A stretch of 61,704 nt of DNA, counting the filler, from Choristocarpus tenellus KU-1152 (taxonomy: Eukaryota > Protista > Phaeophyceae): NCBI GenBank assembly GCA_964200185.2. It is 14 parts of 14 records of this genome, joined end to end, with 100 filler letters (N's around TTAATTAATTAA, not from the genome) between each part and the next. Parts side by side here need not be neighbours in the genome. Positions count along the whole stretch, not along the records: positions 48,901 to 53,112 come from CAXNAD020015663.1; positions 53,213 to 55,891 come from CAXNAD020025716.1; positions 55,992 to 59,078 come from CAXNAD020022406.1; positions 59,179 to 61,704 come from CAXNAD020027057.1; 10 more parts are not named here. One strand, 5' to 3'. Below are positions 51,019-61,704 of the stretch, piece by piece (the stretch's first letter is position 1; each line of letters opens with the position of its first letter). Below the pieces are notes generated by a model. It was not told the DNA's origin, did not search any database, and saw only the letters and a program-made list of their open reading frames with translations. Made by a program: the position numbers and the translations under genes.

Positions 51019-53050
51019 ATGCCGAACCTGCGATTTCGTGTGGAATTTCCTCTATTGGCAGTGGAATGTGTATTCATCCTGGCGATCATTGCAATATCCA
51101 CAGCCTTCGTTCGACCGAACACCGCAAGATGTCTCTTTGGCTGTGGCGGTGCACCAATGGCGATTGCACCCTCTCGCGTCCCGGTCAACATTGACCTGAC
51201 GCAAGGGTAAGTGAGTTCTCTCCCTCCCCGATAGACCACATATCCATCAACATCCAGTCATTGCGTCCGACCTGGAGAGGGACCGCACCCTCTACAACTC
51301 ACACCTTGCCCTCTGTTCCCCCCTGCCCTTTGCTATGGCGCCATCTTTTCTCTCCTCTCAGTTATTTGCTTAGGGAGACGGAGGATAGATGTCGTTCACT
51401 CGGTCGAGAAGCTAGCCATCGTCCCTCGATGGGGGTCGCTGGGGTAGACCTTGACGAGTTCGTTGATCTATCCAACGGTAAACGAGGATGCTTGAAGAGG
51501 GTGGACAGGGCAGGCGACCCCCTCGACGGCTCTCCCGTCAGGGATAATGAAGTGAGGAATCTCCATCAACCTATGTCAACTTTTTTGTACCTCTGTTCTG
51601 GGGGCAGCGAGAGCCCTCCTCCTAGTACCAATGTACTTCAACACTTGTGAGTGTCCATCCACTCTTGCCTAACAAGGGCAACTGCACCCCCATAAATAGG
51701 GGTGCCCCCTGGTAGATGCCCGAGGTCCACAACGCTGTGCTCGCCTGTTGTTTTTCTCCTTGCATGTGGTGTTCAAAGGTTGAGCTGCACTACACTATGC
51801 GAGTTTTCGGTGGAGAGAAGATCGATAGCAGCAGAGATAGGAAAGACCCCTTCAAGTTCTTCCTGGTGAGATCTGGTGGCACTTCTTTTGCGCCTCATGC
51901 TGTGATGTGTCAAGCTATTACAAAGTCAACTGCGAAGGCCTTTTGATGTATGGAAAACTCTATGTTGGCACCCTATTTATGACAGTCATGTCCCATAGGG
52001 GAAATTCGCTACTGATTGTGCAATGCCATACATAAACACATCTCCCCGAATGCCTGCCGTTCAGACTATACCCAATGTCAGGTTCAATATTTGTTGTGGT
52101 CCTTTAATCCTCATTTCTCCCCCATCTCCCACCCCCACCTCAAAGATCCCATCTTTATCTGCATCACAAACTTGTTTTTCTGGAGAGTTGGAGTAGCTCT
52201 ACTCTCAGAGTTGTTAAAGGACACTTACCATCCTGTCAAAATGTGGAAAATGTAAGTGTCGGCTGAAGCAGGCACTGGGGGTAAAGTAGTGAAAGGTGCC
52301 CATTCTGACAACTTTTTTCCACACCTACAAACTCTTGGATAGAAGGCCTCAACCTGAAGATGTAATAATGCTTTGGTGCACAAAGTCTATCAATGTTACC
52401 CTGAAGTAGCGTACTTCCTGAGGTGTCTCAAGGTTGAGGAGGTGGGGTTATAGGAAAAACGGCGATTTTATGAGGAAGGTATTGGTGTAGAAAAAGTAGC
52501 AACAAGCAAATTTCATGAAGGCACTACAGTTCAAGTTAAGCAAGTAGGTGAATGTGAAACCTTGCCAAGGAGGCGAAACCTCCGCAATCACATTACTGGG
52601 CAACTCCCTATTTAGTTGCGCCTCTAACTATTGATATGCACCAGTAAGTTTGTGACTTGACTCCGCTATCCCCTCCCCTTTCTCTCTCATATGATTATAG
52701 AGATTAGCCTTGTACTGCAGAACTTAACACCATGTTTAACTGCCCTTCACCTATCTAGGGCCGCTGGCCAAGCGAAGCAGTTCATGGGTGGGACAAGGCA
52801 GTTGCTACCATGCACAAGGGGGAGATGGCGACTCTGATCTTATCCCCGGAGTATGCCTTCGGCAGCAAGGGGGCTCCCCCCAAGATACCTGCTAATGCCA
52901 CAGTGGAGTGTGAACTGGAGCTACTGGATTGGGTAGACCTGGTTGCCAAGTATAATGCCGTTCCGGGGAAGGAGGAGACAGAAGCCGAACGCATTGAACG
53001 GTGGAAAAAGGACATGGCAGGAGGGGCTAGTCCCTTGAATAAGGAAATGG
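51019..53050 (+). CDS. Plastid-targeted FKBP-type peptidyl-prolyl isomerase, 3'-partial; exons 51019-51206, 51362-51551, 51779-51865, 52759-53050
   Basis: All junctions are canonical and in phase (2, 0, 0). FKBP fold: VELHYT...IDSSRDRKDPFKFFLG...GWDKAVATMHKGEMATLILSPEYAFG...IPANATVECELELL. The N-terminal signal peptide ends in ISTA-FVRP (ASAFAP-like heterokont plastid motif). Confidence 0.9.
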
Positions 53051-53359
53051 GTAAGAGACCTCATGGTTGGAATGTTGTGCAATTGGTAGCAGGGGGAGAG
53101 GGGGGGGGGGGGNNNNNNNNNNNNNNNNNNNNNNNNNNNNNNNNNNNNNNNNNNNNTTAATTAATTAANNNNNNNNNNNNNNNNNNNNNNNNNNNNNNNN
53201 NNNNNNNNNNNNGGAGGGCGTGGTGGGGGGGGCCAGGGTGGTGAGGGGGGGGGGGGGGGGTGGAAAGGGGTCATCTCCTCTGCACGATGTGGTGGATACG
53301 CCTACTAGGTGAGGTGAAAATGATTTTTTGTAAGAGTAGTTGGTATGTGTGTTTAAGTT

Positions 53360-53428
53360 GAGGTTAGGGATAGGGATTGGGTTAGGGTTAAAGGTGATGT
53401 TGTGGGTTAGGGTTAGGGTTAGGGTTGA
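53360..53428 (+). repeat. Interstitial telomere-like (TTAGGG)n tract; smaller tracts at ~1921, 9364, 9636, 10613-10745, 14370-14410 and 18369
   Basis: Direct reading, e.g. GGGTTAGGGTTAGGGTTAGGGTT. Confidence 0.8.
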
Positions 53429-53878
53429 AGGTGATGTTGGGGGAGGGTTGATGTAATTGTTTTTATATTTTTTGTTTGGTGGGTGGGTGTGAGGGACAGT
53501 TTTGTGTATGGTTTGAATCAGTTGTTGGTTTGTGATGTGATTTTTTGCACTGGTAATATGTATGTAACTATTGGAGAAGTTTAGTGTGATATTTAGATTT
53601 TTTGAAAAAATAAATTGTAACTATGTATGTCACTATTGGAGAAGTTTAGTGAGAAAAGAAAACTCTCAAAAAGTATTATGTATGCGTATGCTTTGAAAAA
53701 AGAAATGTTGTGAAAGAAAAGGTGTGTGTAGGAAGGTACCTTTTGAACTTGTGTAGTATGCCTGCCTGCCTGCCTGCCTGCCTGGCTGCATAATTGATGT
53801 ATGTATATATACATGTACATGTGCATAATGTTTTATTAAGAAAAATATTTCTGTTGTTGTTGTGGTGGTGAGGAACAG

Positions 53879-54023
53879 TACAAGCAGGTTCCACGGGGTG
53901 ACTGTTGAAGGAGGAAAGTTTGTGACCAAGTTTTTTAGAGCTGATCGAGAAAATAAGGAGTATGTTCTGGGTCAGTTTGAGTCAGAGGTGGATGCTGCAA
54001 AGGCCTACGACAAGTATGCCAAG
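53879..54023 (+). CDS. Exon encoding an AP2/ERF-like DNA-binding domain
   Basis: CAG/GT-bounded; TSRFHGVTVEGGKFVTKFFRADRENKEYVLGQFESEVDAAKAYDKYAK matches the AP2 pattern SxYxGV...LGxFxxExxAAxAYD. Confidence 0.8.
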
Positions 54024-54382
54024 GTGTGTTTTTCTTCGTGTTTTTAATTTTTTTTTAACATACTGTTTTTTAATTTTTTTTTTAATGTTTAAAAAAATGT
54101 ATTTTTCTCTTGGCGTTTCGTTTTGTAATTGTAGCATTTTGTTTTGTGTTGTATTTTAAAAAAAAAAATATTTTTCTCATTGTATTTTTTATTTTTTGTA
54201 CTTTTTAAATTCTATTTTTGTAATTTGAAATTTTGTTTGTTGTAATTCATCCGTGTGAACAACAGCTTTCGTTTATTGTTTATTTATTTATTTATTTATT
54301 GAGGGTGCTGTAGGAGGTGTGTCTCCTCTGTGCTTCTTCTGTCTAAATACAGAGTACACAGTGATGGGAGTAGTTTGATTCC

Positions 54383-54625
54383 TACTACTACTACTAATAA
54401 TAATAATGATAATAGTACTAGTAATAGTATTATTATTATTAGTAGTAGTAGTAGTAACAAAAATAATAATAAATGTGGTAGTAATAGTGGTAATAATAAT
54501 AGTAGTAGTAGTAATAAAAATAATAATTGTGGTAGTACTAGTAGTAATAATAATAGAGTAGTAGTAGTAGTAGTAGTAGTAATAAAAATAATAGTATTAA
54601 AAATAGTAAAAATAGTAGTAAGAAT
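54383..54625. repeat. Compound (AAT)n/(AGT)n microsatellite
   Basis: Direct reading. Confidence 0.85.
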
Positions 54626-54854
54626 TGTATGCTATGTTGGTGTTTTATGTTGATGAAGTTTGTAGTTTTGGGGGGGGGAAAGCAGAGGTGTGTACAAGCT
54701 GTTTATCTTCTTTTTTGTTTTTTAATTTTGTTATTTTTATAGTTCTCTCTTCACATTTTGTTCTGTTTTATGTTTTAGTCTTGTTATGTGTATCTTTTAT
54801 TTTATAGTTCTCTCTTCAAATATTTTGTTTATCTCTATAGTGTTGGTATTTTTA

Positions 54855-55158
54855 TTTTATTATACTGATGTATATTGTTTTATTATTCTAATATATATAT
54901 TTTATTGTACTGATGTATATTGTTTTATTATTCTAATATATATATTGATGTATACTGTTTTATTACTCTAATACATATATTATTGTAGTGATGTATGTTG
55001 TTTTATTATTCTAATATATATATATTATTGTAGTGATGTATATTGTTTTATTATTCTAATATATATATTTTGTTATACTGATGTATACTGTTTTATTACT
55101 CTAGTATATATATATTATTGTAGTGATGTATATTGTTTTATTATTCTAATATATATGT
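54855..55158. repeat. AT-rich ~35-45-bp minisatellite (TGATGTATATTGTTTTATTATTCTAATATATAT...), ~7 units
   Basis: Direct reading. Confidence 0.85.
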
Positions 55159-56189
55159 TTTTGTGCTTTTCTGAAGAGATGAGTATTTATATGTAATAAT
55201 AATAGTATATGTGAGTATTGGATGGGGTTTTGGTTCTCTCTTCTCTCCTGACTTTGTATTTTCTCTGCCCATCAGAGATGTTTTTCTGTGAGATGTCGGT
55301 GGACATATTCGCCCGACTCTTTTGTTGTTGTATATTTGTATATTTTTTTAAATTTAAATTTATTTATTCTTTCTTTAAGGCAAGAAATTTATTTAAAGCA
55401 GACAATTCCACTCGATCCAAGCCCCAGGAGTCCCCCTTTCCTAGTAAATTTAAATTAAAAATTAAGTTTAAGATTCTCATGGTTTGTGCAGTGTGATGTC
55501 ACCATCTCTCGTGTTATGGTTTGATGGTCATGTTTGCTGGTCATGATGCCGTGTAGGTGTTCATGTGATGTCGTTTGAACTACTTGTCAGTGAGGAGAGG
55601 AAGTGATTTTGTTTATAAAATGGGTACCTGTATTTTTCTTTTTAAAAAAAGACTTTCTTAACACAAAAGAGCAGGTCGCATCGTTCTTTCATTTTTTTTT
55701 GTACTATGGTACACCGGCTCTAAAAAGCAAAACATGCACTAGGTCGCGTTTACTGGTCGATCGATTCCCCCTTCCATGTCCTATCAAAACCCCACCTTTT
55801 TCCCTCTCAACCCCCCCCCCCCCCCCCCCCCCACCCTCCATGCTAGCCCCTCTACCCCCAATCCCACCCACCCCCCTTACCCCGAAAAGACNNNNNNNNN
55901 NNNNNNNNNNNNNNNNNNNNNNNNNNNNNNNNNNNTTAATTAATTAANNNNNNNNNNNNNNNNNNNNNNNNNNNNNNNNNNNNNNNNNNNNCTATGCAAA
56001 AGAGAGCTATTCCAATAGAGTCTTTGCTTTATGTTGTATGGATTTATTTATTAGCGGAGTGAGCACAGCCCTAGGTGGTGAGGTGCTCTTATATTATTAT
56101 CTATTGCGCACGTCATCAGACACGTCAAAATGTGTCTGCGTCAGTCGCACTACGTCAGTCACATATATTGAACAAAACAACAAGTCAAT

Positions 56190-56257
56190 CTATCGAGACT
56201 CGAACCTGCGACTCGAAACACATAAAATCAAACCCTTGACCGTTACTCTACTCCGTT
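56190..56257 (-). mobile_element. tRNA-derived SINE-like head
   Basis: Minus strand: TAGAGTAACGG (A box-like) ... GCAGGTTCGAGTCTC (B box), with a downstream tail similar to the 15084 copies. Confidence 0.45.
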
Positions 56258-56590
56258 AATATTTCTATTATATTCCACTGTTCACTAAACATATAAATCC
56301 CTATAGATTGCCTAGCCTATATTGCACAATGGCGGTCAGAGACCATTTGTTTACGATCTGAGATGTGCCTCCCTTGGAGCTACAGATCCCATCATGCCAG
56401 TCCTTTTTTTTTTCTCCAAGTCGGAAGGGGTAGAAGGGGTAGATGGTGAAAGCGCTCCAAGACCATCCAAGCAGACGACGAAACCAAGCAGAATAAATCC
56501 AGGCCGTAGTAGGGAGCTACTAAGAATCCTAAGTGCTGAGGTGAATACTGAGTGTTCTCTCCAGTTTGAAGAGTCGAGGTAAGACCTCCA

Positions 56591-57023
56591 TGCTATAGCA
56601 CGATCCAAGCTTACCTCCACAGGATGTATAGCTCCAATCCACAGGCTTGTTATATGTGGTACTGATGCTTGTACAGGACTCCTGTACAACTCTGACAGTC
56701 AAAAGGTCCAACGAGGATGATGAATATCAGGTCAGTAGATAAAGGTACTCTTCTGATTCAATAAGCACGTATGTCAAAAATTGGTATCAGAAAGAGAAGT
56801 GAGATATGGAGGTCTCTTTATCACCATTTACCCGTTATTTATTCCGATTTCCAGATGTCGAAATACATCTGAAAACCGTTGCATACATTCCCAAGTTATA
56901 GTTCTTACTGAGCAACTTTTAGCAAATCGGCGTTCCCCTTTTTGGAGTTCCACACGCGCGCGTACACTGCTTGTGCTCTTGTTTGAGTACGGGAAGGAAT
57001 ACTTGCGTTATTCACCTGTAACA
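56591..57023 (+). mobile_element. Solo LTR (same family as 26868)
   Basis: TGCTATAG...CTGTAACA; shared internal TCTGAAAACCGTT and GCAAATCGG blocks. Confidence 0.75.
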
Positions 57024-57069
57024 AGTGTCCAAGTGTTGGATTGAGTTTTGGTGGTTTTGACACTGAGTT

Positions 57070-57510
57070 TTGAGTTGAGTGTATATGCTGATGCTAGTTG
57101 TGCTGGAGACCGTAATGAATGTAGATCAGTCACTGGAGGAGCAATATTTTGGATGTCAAAGGTTCAAAAGGTTGTAGCTCTGTCCTCAACGGAGAGTAGG
57201 TATATAGCCCTTAGCAATGTGGCACAGGAATTGCTTTTTCCTTGCAAAGTGTTTTTGAGTTTATTCCGCCACAGTTCTCTAGACGTTGCATTGACATGTT
57301 TGAGGACAAGGATGGTGCATGCAAACTAGTACGAAATGCCACAAGCTCTACTAGAAACATTGATGTCCGACACCCTTTTTTTAGGGACTTAGAAAGGAGA
57401 GATTCGTGTTGTTTTTGTTGGTACTGCAAACCAGAGGGTAGGTGTGTTGACCAAGAGTTTGCCAGTAAGAATATTTAGACAACATGTGAAGTTTTTGATG
57501 AACATGTAGA
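57070..57510 (+). pseudogene. Ty1/Copia RNase H remnant
   Basis: VYADASCAGDRNECRSVTG...WMSKVQKVVALSSTESRYIALS...FED...NIDVRHPFFRD, with frameshifts. Confidence 0.9.
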
Positions 57511-57640
57511 GGGATAACATGTTTGTGTGTGTGTGTGTTTTTTTACGTGAATGTTTAAGAATTAGTACTTGTTTACAGCAAGGTGAGGATGTCGAACAAC
57601 TAGTGTTATACTTACGTTGTGTGCTAATGCAAGTGCATAA

Positions 57641-57901
57641 GAGCCCAAAGTATCAGAGGGTACGGTACGGCCGCGTCCATTTGGGGGTCAAAATCCAATG
57701 TTGCGATTTTGATGTGATTTTGGCTATCGCGTTTGTTAGGAAGTGTCAATATCCTTGTTCCGGACACACCTTTTCATAATGTACATTTTATCTACTCCGA
57801 AACAATTTGGAGTAGGAAAATGTAATATAAAAAAACATGGGAAGCCAAGCCCCAAATGGACAAACAGGGAAAAACTCGTACCCTCTAAGATACTTTCACT
57901 C
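57641..57901 (-). mobile_element. MITE family A, full-length, TAA TSD
   Basis: TAA|GAGCCCAAAGTATC ... GATACTTTCACTC|TAA. Confidence 0.9.
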
Positions 57902-58155
57902 TAACATATAGTTTCATGTACGTTTATCTTTAGTTCGGTACAACACAAAGCAGTAACGTACATAGCAGTATGATGGGTCAGTCTTTGGTCATACGACAAA
58001 GGTAATTGATGGCCAAGACAAAGGCCCAGCGGATAACTAATAATCAGTGTATGTTCACCATGTAACCCAACCTGCAGCTTTCCGGCAACAAGCCTTTCCT
58101 GCGCTAAGCTATTCAACAAATTGACCCTTGGAGGGGTCAGCATCAAGTACATTCT

Positions 58156-58591
58156 TGTTACAGCACGCTCCAGAAGCTTACCTTCCATATAGCTCCAATC
58201 TACAGGTCTATAGAAGAGATGCTGATGCTCGTGCAAGCCTCCTAGGATACTTCAGTAGTCCAGGTAATCCAATGCACGTCAGGTTACCAGGACAGGGGTA
58301 CTTCTTTCTTTCAACGTCAGTGTGTAAATGGCATCAAACAAAAGAAGTGTCTTAGGAGGACTGTTTATTGAGCAGCGCTCTTTATTTATTATATTATCAT
58401 CTGCTTTTTATTTGTTTTAGTTAACAGAAGTTGGAATATATCTGAAAACCGTTGCGACATTCCCAAGTTACAGAGCTTACTCTGCAACCCTTAGCAAATT
58501 GGAGTTCCTATTTATAAGGTTCCCCACGCGTGTATACTGCTCGCGCCTTTTAGAACACGAGAAGAAATACTCGTGCTATTCGCCTATAACA
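58156..58591 (+). mobile_element. Solo LTR (same family) inserted in a chromovirus-like remnant
   Basis: TGTTACAG...CTATAACA; flanks TTCT/TTGT could be a mutated TSD. Confidence 0.75.
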
Positions 58592-58789
58592 TTGTAAGGT
58601 ATCACCCATCATGTACAGGGTAGTAATTACCTGGAAATCAACGTCCATTTCCCGCTCATCTGGGAAGAATGAAATGTTACTATCCTCAAGTCCAACCTCC
58701 CACACCACACTTGAATGAACTGGATTATTTATTTGTGAAAAACATTACTGGGATGTAGACCATCATCAAATCTCAACCTGTTTTTGACC

Positions 58790-58955
58790 AGTACACTGTT
58801 GATAAGATTGTTGGGCATAGACATGGTCCTGGTCGTCGTTCATCCACTAATATTATCTATCACCTTCGTCTTTGTGGCTATGGACTGTCTTGTGTTCTTC
58901 GCAAAAAAAAAGAACAGATCCCACAATGCCGTGAAATAATTGCAGTCTATCGTGC
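58790..58955 (+). pseudogene. Chromodomain of a Ty3/Gypsy (chromovirus-type) integrase remnant
   Basis: QYTVDKIVGHRHGPGRR...IIYHLRLCGYG...PQCREIIAVY resembles the YxVExIxxHR...YxVxWxGY chromodomain pattern. Confidence 0.6.
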
Positions 58956-59031
58956 AATTATTGGATTGGATATCCAGTAAAATTCTCGTTCCACACAGTG
59001 TTGACTCGAAACATCGTGGGTCAAAGTATCT

Positions 59032-59064
<33 letters not shown>

Positions 59065-59249
59065 CGCTTCGGCTAAACNNNNNNNNNNNNNNNNNNNNNN
59101 NNNNNNNNNNNNNNNNNNNNNNTTAATTAATTAANNNNNNNNNNNNNNNNNNNNNNNNNNNNNNNNNNNNNNNNNNNNATTACCCCTCTTTTTAGCTCCA
59201 AATATACAATGCGTAAGTAAGCAGAGTACTATTTGCCAACTAACGACGG

Positions 59250-61529
59250 ACATCATCGTTCGCGCAGGTTGTAACCTTGTCTGCACAGCCACCCACCTTC
59301 CCCTCACAAGGCTTATCGACAAGTACCACAACAACCTCGATCAAGCGGGGAGTCACATCATCCAGCACGCGCATTGGCAGGTAAGAAAGTTTCATCTTCA
59401 CACGACCTACTCAACACATACTCGCGGAATACGATCACCAAAAATCTAACTGCACGGTCTTTAGTTTTGGTTAGTGTGTTGCTTGTTGCATGTATGATGG
59501 CGAGGATGTAGACCTTGCGCTCTAGCAGTACTGGAAACATAAACTGTTCCTCCACGAAACGCGGCGAAATGGTCTGACATATCGGCCTCACGCCTATCCC
59601 TCCCTCCCTCCCGACTCCCCAAACTGGCCAGGTTGACAACTGCGTCTCAGAGAACAAGAACAATTTCTTCCTCGGATATGCGGGGCTGTTGGTCGCGGTG
59701 AGTGTCATTCGTGTGGTCGAGATACATTTTATGATGGTGGGACACCCGCACATCAAAATCGATCAGATGATCTCCAGGTAATTAGGCAAGATATGCAAGT
59801 GCGATAGCCACATAGTGTTTTCATACGGACAGATACTACCTTGGGGCTTGCGGCTCACGCTTGTTGCATCCATGTATGGTATATGGTCATACACTGTAAT
59901 TGATTGATTGGCTTTTGATTGCCCCACCAAAAAATTGAACGATAAGAGCAGCTGCCAAAACTGTTTCCTAACCTACTGTACAAACAAAACAATAAAAAAA
60001 TGTACCCATCACCTCTTCTTACATCTATACTTCCATATACATGTGTCGGAGCATGTGCCTGCATATATATCTTGCTTCTCCACTTCGTTTCTTTCGCCCC
60101 CACCTCAAAACTAAGCATTTCACCTTCAGGTTCTCACGTGGTATCAAAGGCAAGAACATATTCACGAGAACACAGCCGGGTGAAGAGCTGCAGGCCTCCT
60201 ACACGGAGGTTCCTGTCTACTGGAAGACCCTACGAAACAAGGGCAACTTCAAGGGACTCCTTGGCGGTCGCGTCAACCGTATCCCGAACATCACGAGCTA
60301 CGGGGCCTTTCGCATTGAAAAAGGCGATGATGGGCGGGTTAAGGTTAGCGTTAAGCCATACATGCACAGCACCGAATGGAATGGGATAGACGTAGACCTT
60401 GCTATCGATCTCAACGCCTCTCTGCACGACCTCTTCATCGGCCACCCGCCTCGTATCCAAGATGCAACACCCTACCAGCTCAAGAGCGTTCCCGAAGACG
60501 TCATCCTTAAGGTGGAGCAGCGGTACCAGGCGTCGCACGAGCGCCTCCCTGCTGCGTACCCACTGGGTATGTCGATTTTTTTTGTGTGAGGGGAGTTGAT
60601 AGCTAATTTTGGTATTCGGTGGCAGCCAAAAAAAATTGGTGCAACTTCTGTAAGAGGCAGCCTTTATCCCCTTTACAAAAAGAATATCAAAATATTTTCC
60701 ATTCTCCTGCGTAGTGATCGTCGCATGTTACAATAAAAAGTACAATAGATTACCCCGATAAATGTTTTGAGGGTACCGGTCTTGTACTCAACATAAACGA
60801 ATCCGACGAAATATACACCCTCCCTCACACTGCATGCTCCCCGAGCGCATTCGTGAAACCTCACGCCTGCTTACAAAGTAACATTCATGCTTCCATACCG
60901 TTGATGTTCTCATGCTCATGGATTCCACCTTTGCAGACGATGAAGCCATTCAGAGAGCGAAACACGAGCAAAGCGAGTCTGTGCGGCTTCTCAGAAAGAC
61001 AGGGGAACGAGAGTTCGACCTCCCTGTCCATTGGCTTCCCACCGATGACGATGGCGCTGGAACTGGTTCCCGCGACGTCGAAGACACCGACCAGGGTGAA
61101 CTCTCGGGTGGAGGAGACAATCTCGTCAGCGGTGACAATGATCTCGGAGGGCTCGACGAAACAGACTCTTCCTCATCGGACAGCAACAAGGAAGAAGCTG
61201 ACTCCCGTCGACGGGGTTGTCCTCGTGCTACGTTGACATCGGCGAACCATGGAAACCTCGTCTCCGTGCAGAAAGGCAGATTTGCCTTTTTTCTGGCAAC
61301 GGAGGCGCCGCACTTGGTCGGCAAGATCCTAGTGGAGCGCGTCGGCGAGGACGGGGAGCGTGGGGTGGATCTTCTCTGGCTTCGGCCCACCAGCGACCGC
61401 ACGCGTGACAACGCCGCGTTCATTACCCTTGAGAAGTATGGAAAAAGTACTTTCGTAGAAGGCTACATACATGCTGGTGATAGATCCGGGCAAAGTGGGA
61501 AACAGAAGTGGCTTCAAGACGTAAGCTGA
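59250..61529 (+). mobile_element. Intron-containing Sola-like (DUF7869-type) DDD transposase, probably degenerate; exons ...-59777, 60130-60566, 60937-~61521
   Basis: QVDNCVSENKNNFFLGY...HFMMVGHPHIKIDQMISR|FSRGIK matches the QxDNCxxENKN / MVGHTHxxIDQxFS motif. In-frame canonical introns at 59778-60129 and 60567-60936; upstream stop and frameshift. Confidence 0.75.
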
Positions 61530-61704
61530 GAACCCGTGGCGGGTATTGTTTGGACTTGCAAGAAACTTGTTGGGAATGGCAAAAAGATTCCTACCAAGAT
61601 CTTGAAAGTTCTACAGTCCGCTACAGAGGCGAGGGAAAGGGGGGGTTTTCTGGGAGAAGGACAGAAGACTACATTCAAGGGACGAGGGGAGGAGAGGGAG
61701 GGGG

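Larger units (their letters stand above)
8953..59178. other. 13 artificial contig-joining linkers (N44-TTAATTAATTAA-N44): 8953-9052, 15338-15437, 19205-19304, 23891-23990, 27384-27483, 31044-31143, 35220-35319, 37883-37982, 44204-44303, 48801-48900, 53113-53212, 55892-55991, 59079-59178 (plus a 10-N gap at 4146-4155)
   Basis: Identical 100-nt spacer each time. TTAATTAATTAA places stop codons in all six frames, a standard pseudo-scaffold linker. Confidence 0.97.

Noticed and set aside
53360-53428. True chromosome telomere
   Set aside because: Short, degenerate and internal to the contig.
52759-54023. FKBP-AP2 fusion or any other gene cluster spanning linkers
   Set aside because: The exons lie on different contigs separated by an artificial linker.
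1-61704. Fanzor/TnpB or endogenous phaeovirus genes
   Set aside because: No RuvC or zinc-ribbon motifs and no intronless gene-dense block seen by eye; an HMM search is needed to exclude degenerate copies.

Overview
Eukaryotic nuclear DNA, very probably from a brown alga (Phaeophyceae, inferred from EsV-1-7 repeats, a heterokont-type plastid presequence, short GT-AG exons in long introns and TTAGGG motifs). The window is not one locus. It is 14 contigs of 2.5-9 kb joined by 13 artificial 100-nt linkers (N44-TTAATTAATTAA-N44), so adjacency across linkers is not evidence of biological linkage. Host genes recognisable by hand-splicing: an EsV-1-7-repeat protein, a sterol 24-C-methyltransferase, the last exon of a PPR-SMR protein, a plastid-targeted FKBP, an AP2-domain exon and several unidentified exon sets. 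Much of the rest is transposon debris: four PIF/Harbinger-type MITE families with a shared terminus, two Tc1/mariner transposases with DD40D spacing, a hAT remnant, an intron-containing Sola-like transposase, Ty3/Gypsy and Ty1/Copia remnants, solo LTRs and tRNA-derived SINE heads. The most unusual structure is at 24.27-24.75 kb. A decayed ~285-nt alphaproteobacterial/mitochondrial-type 23S rRNA fragment sits between ~50-bp repeats arranged repeat-spacer-repeat-[23S]-inverted repeat, which suggests an element that captures foreign DNA. This is a single instance and unproven. No CRISPR array, Fanzor/TnpB gene or giant-virus gene was recognised. All alignments and family assignments were made by eye or from recalled motifs; no searches were run.
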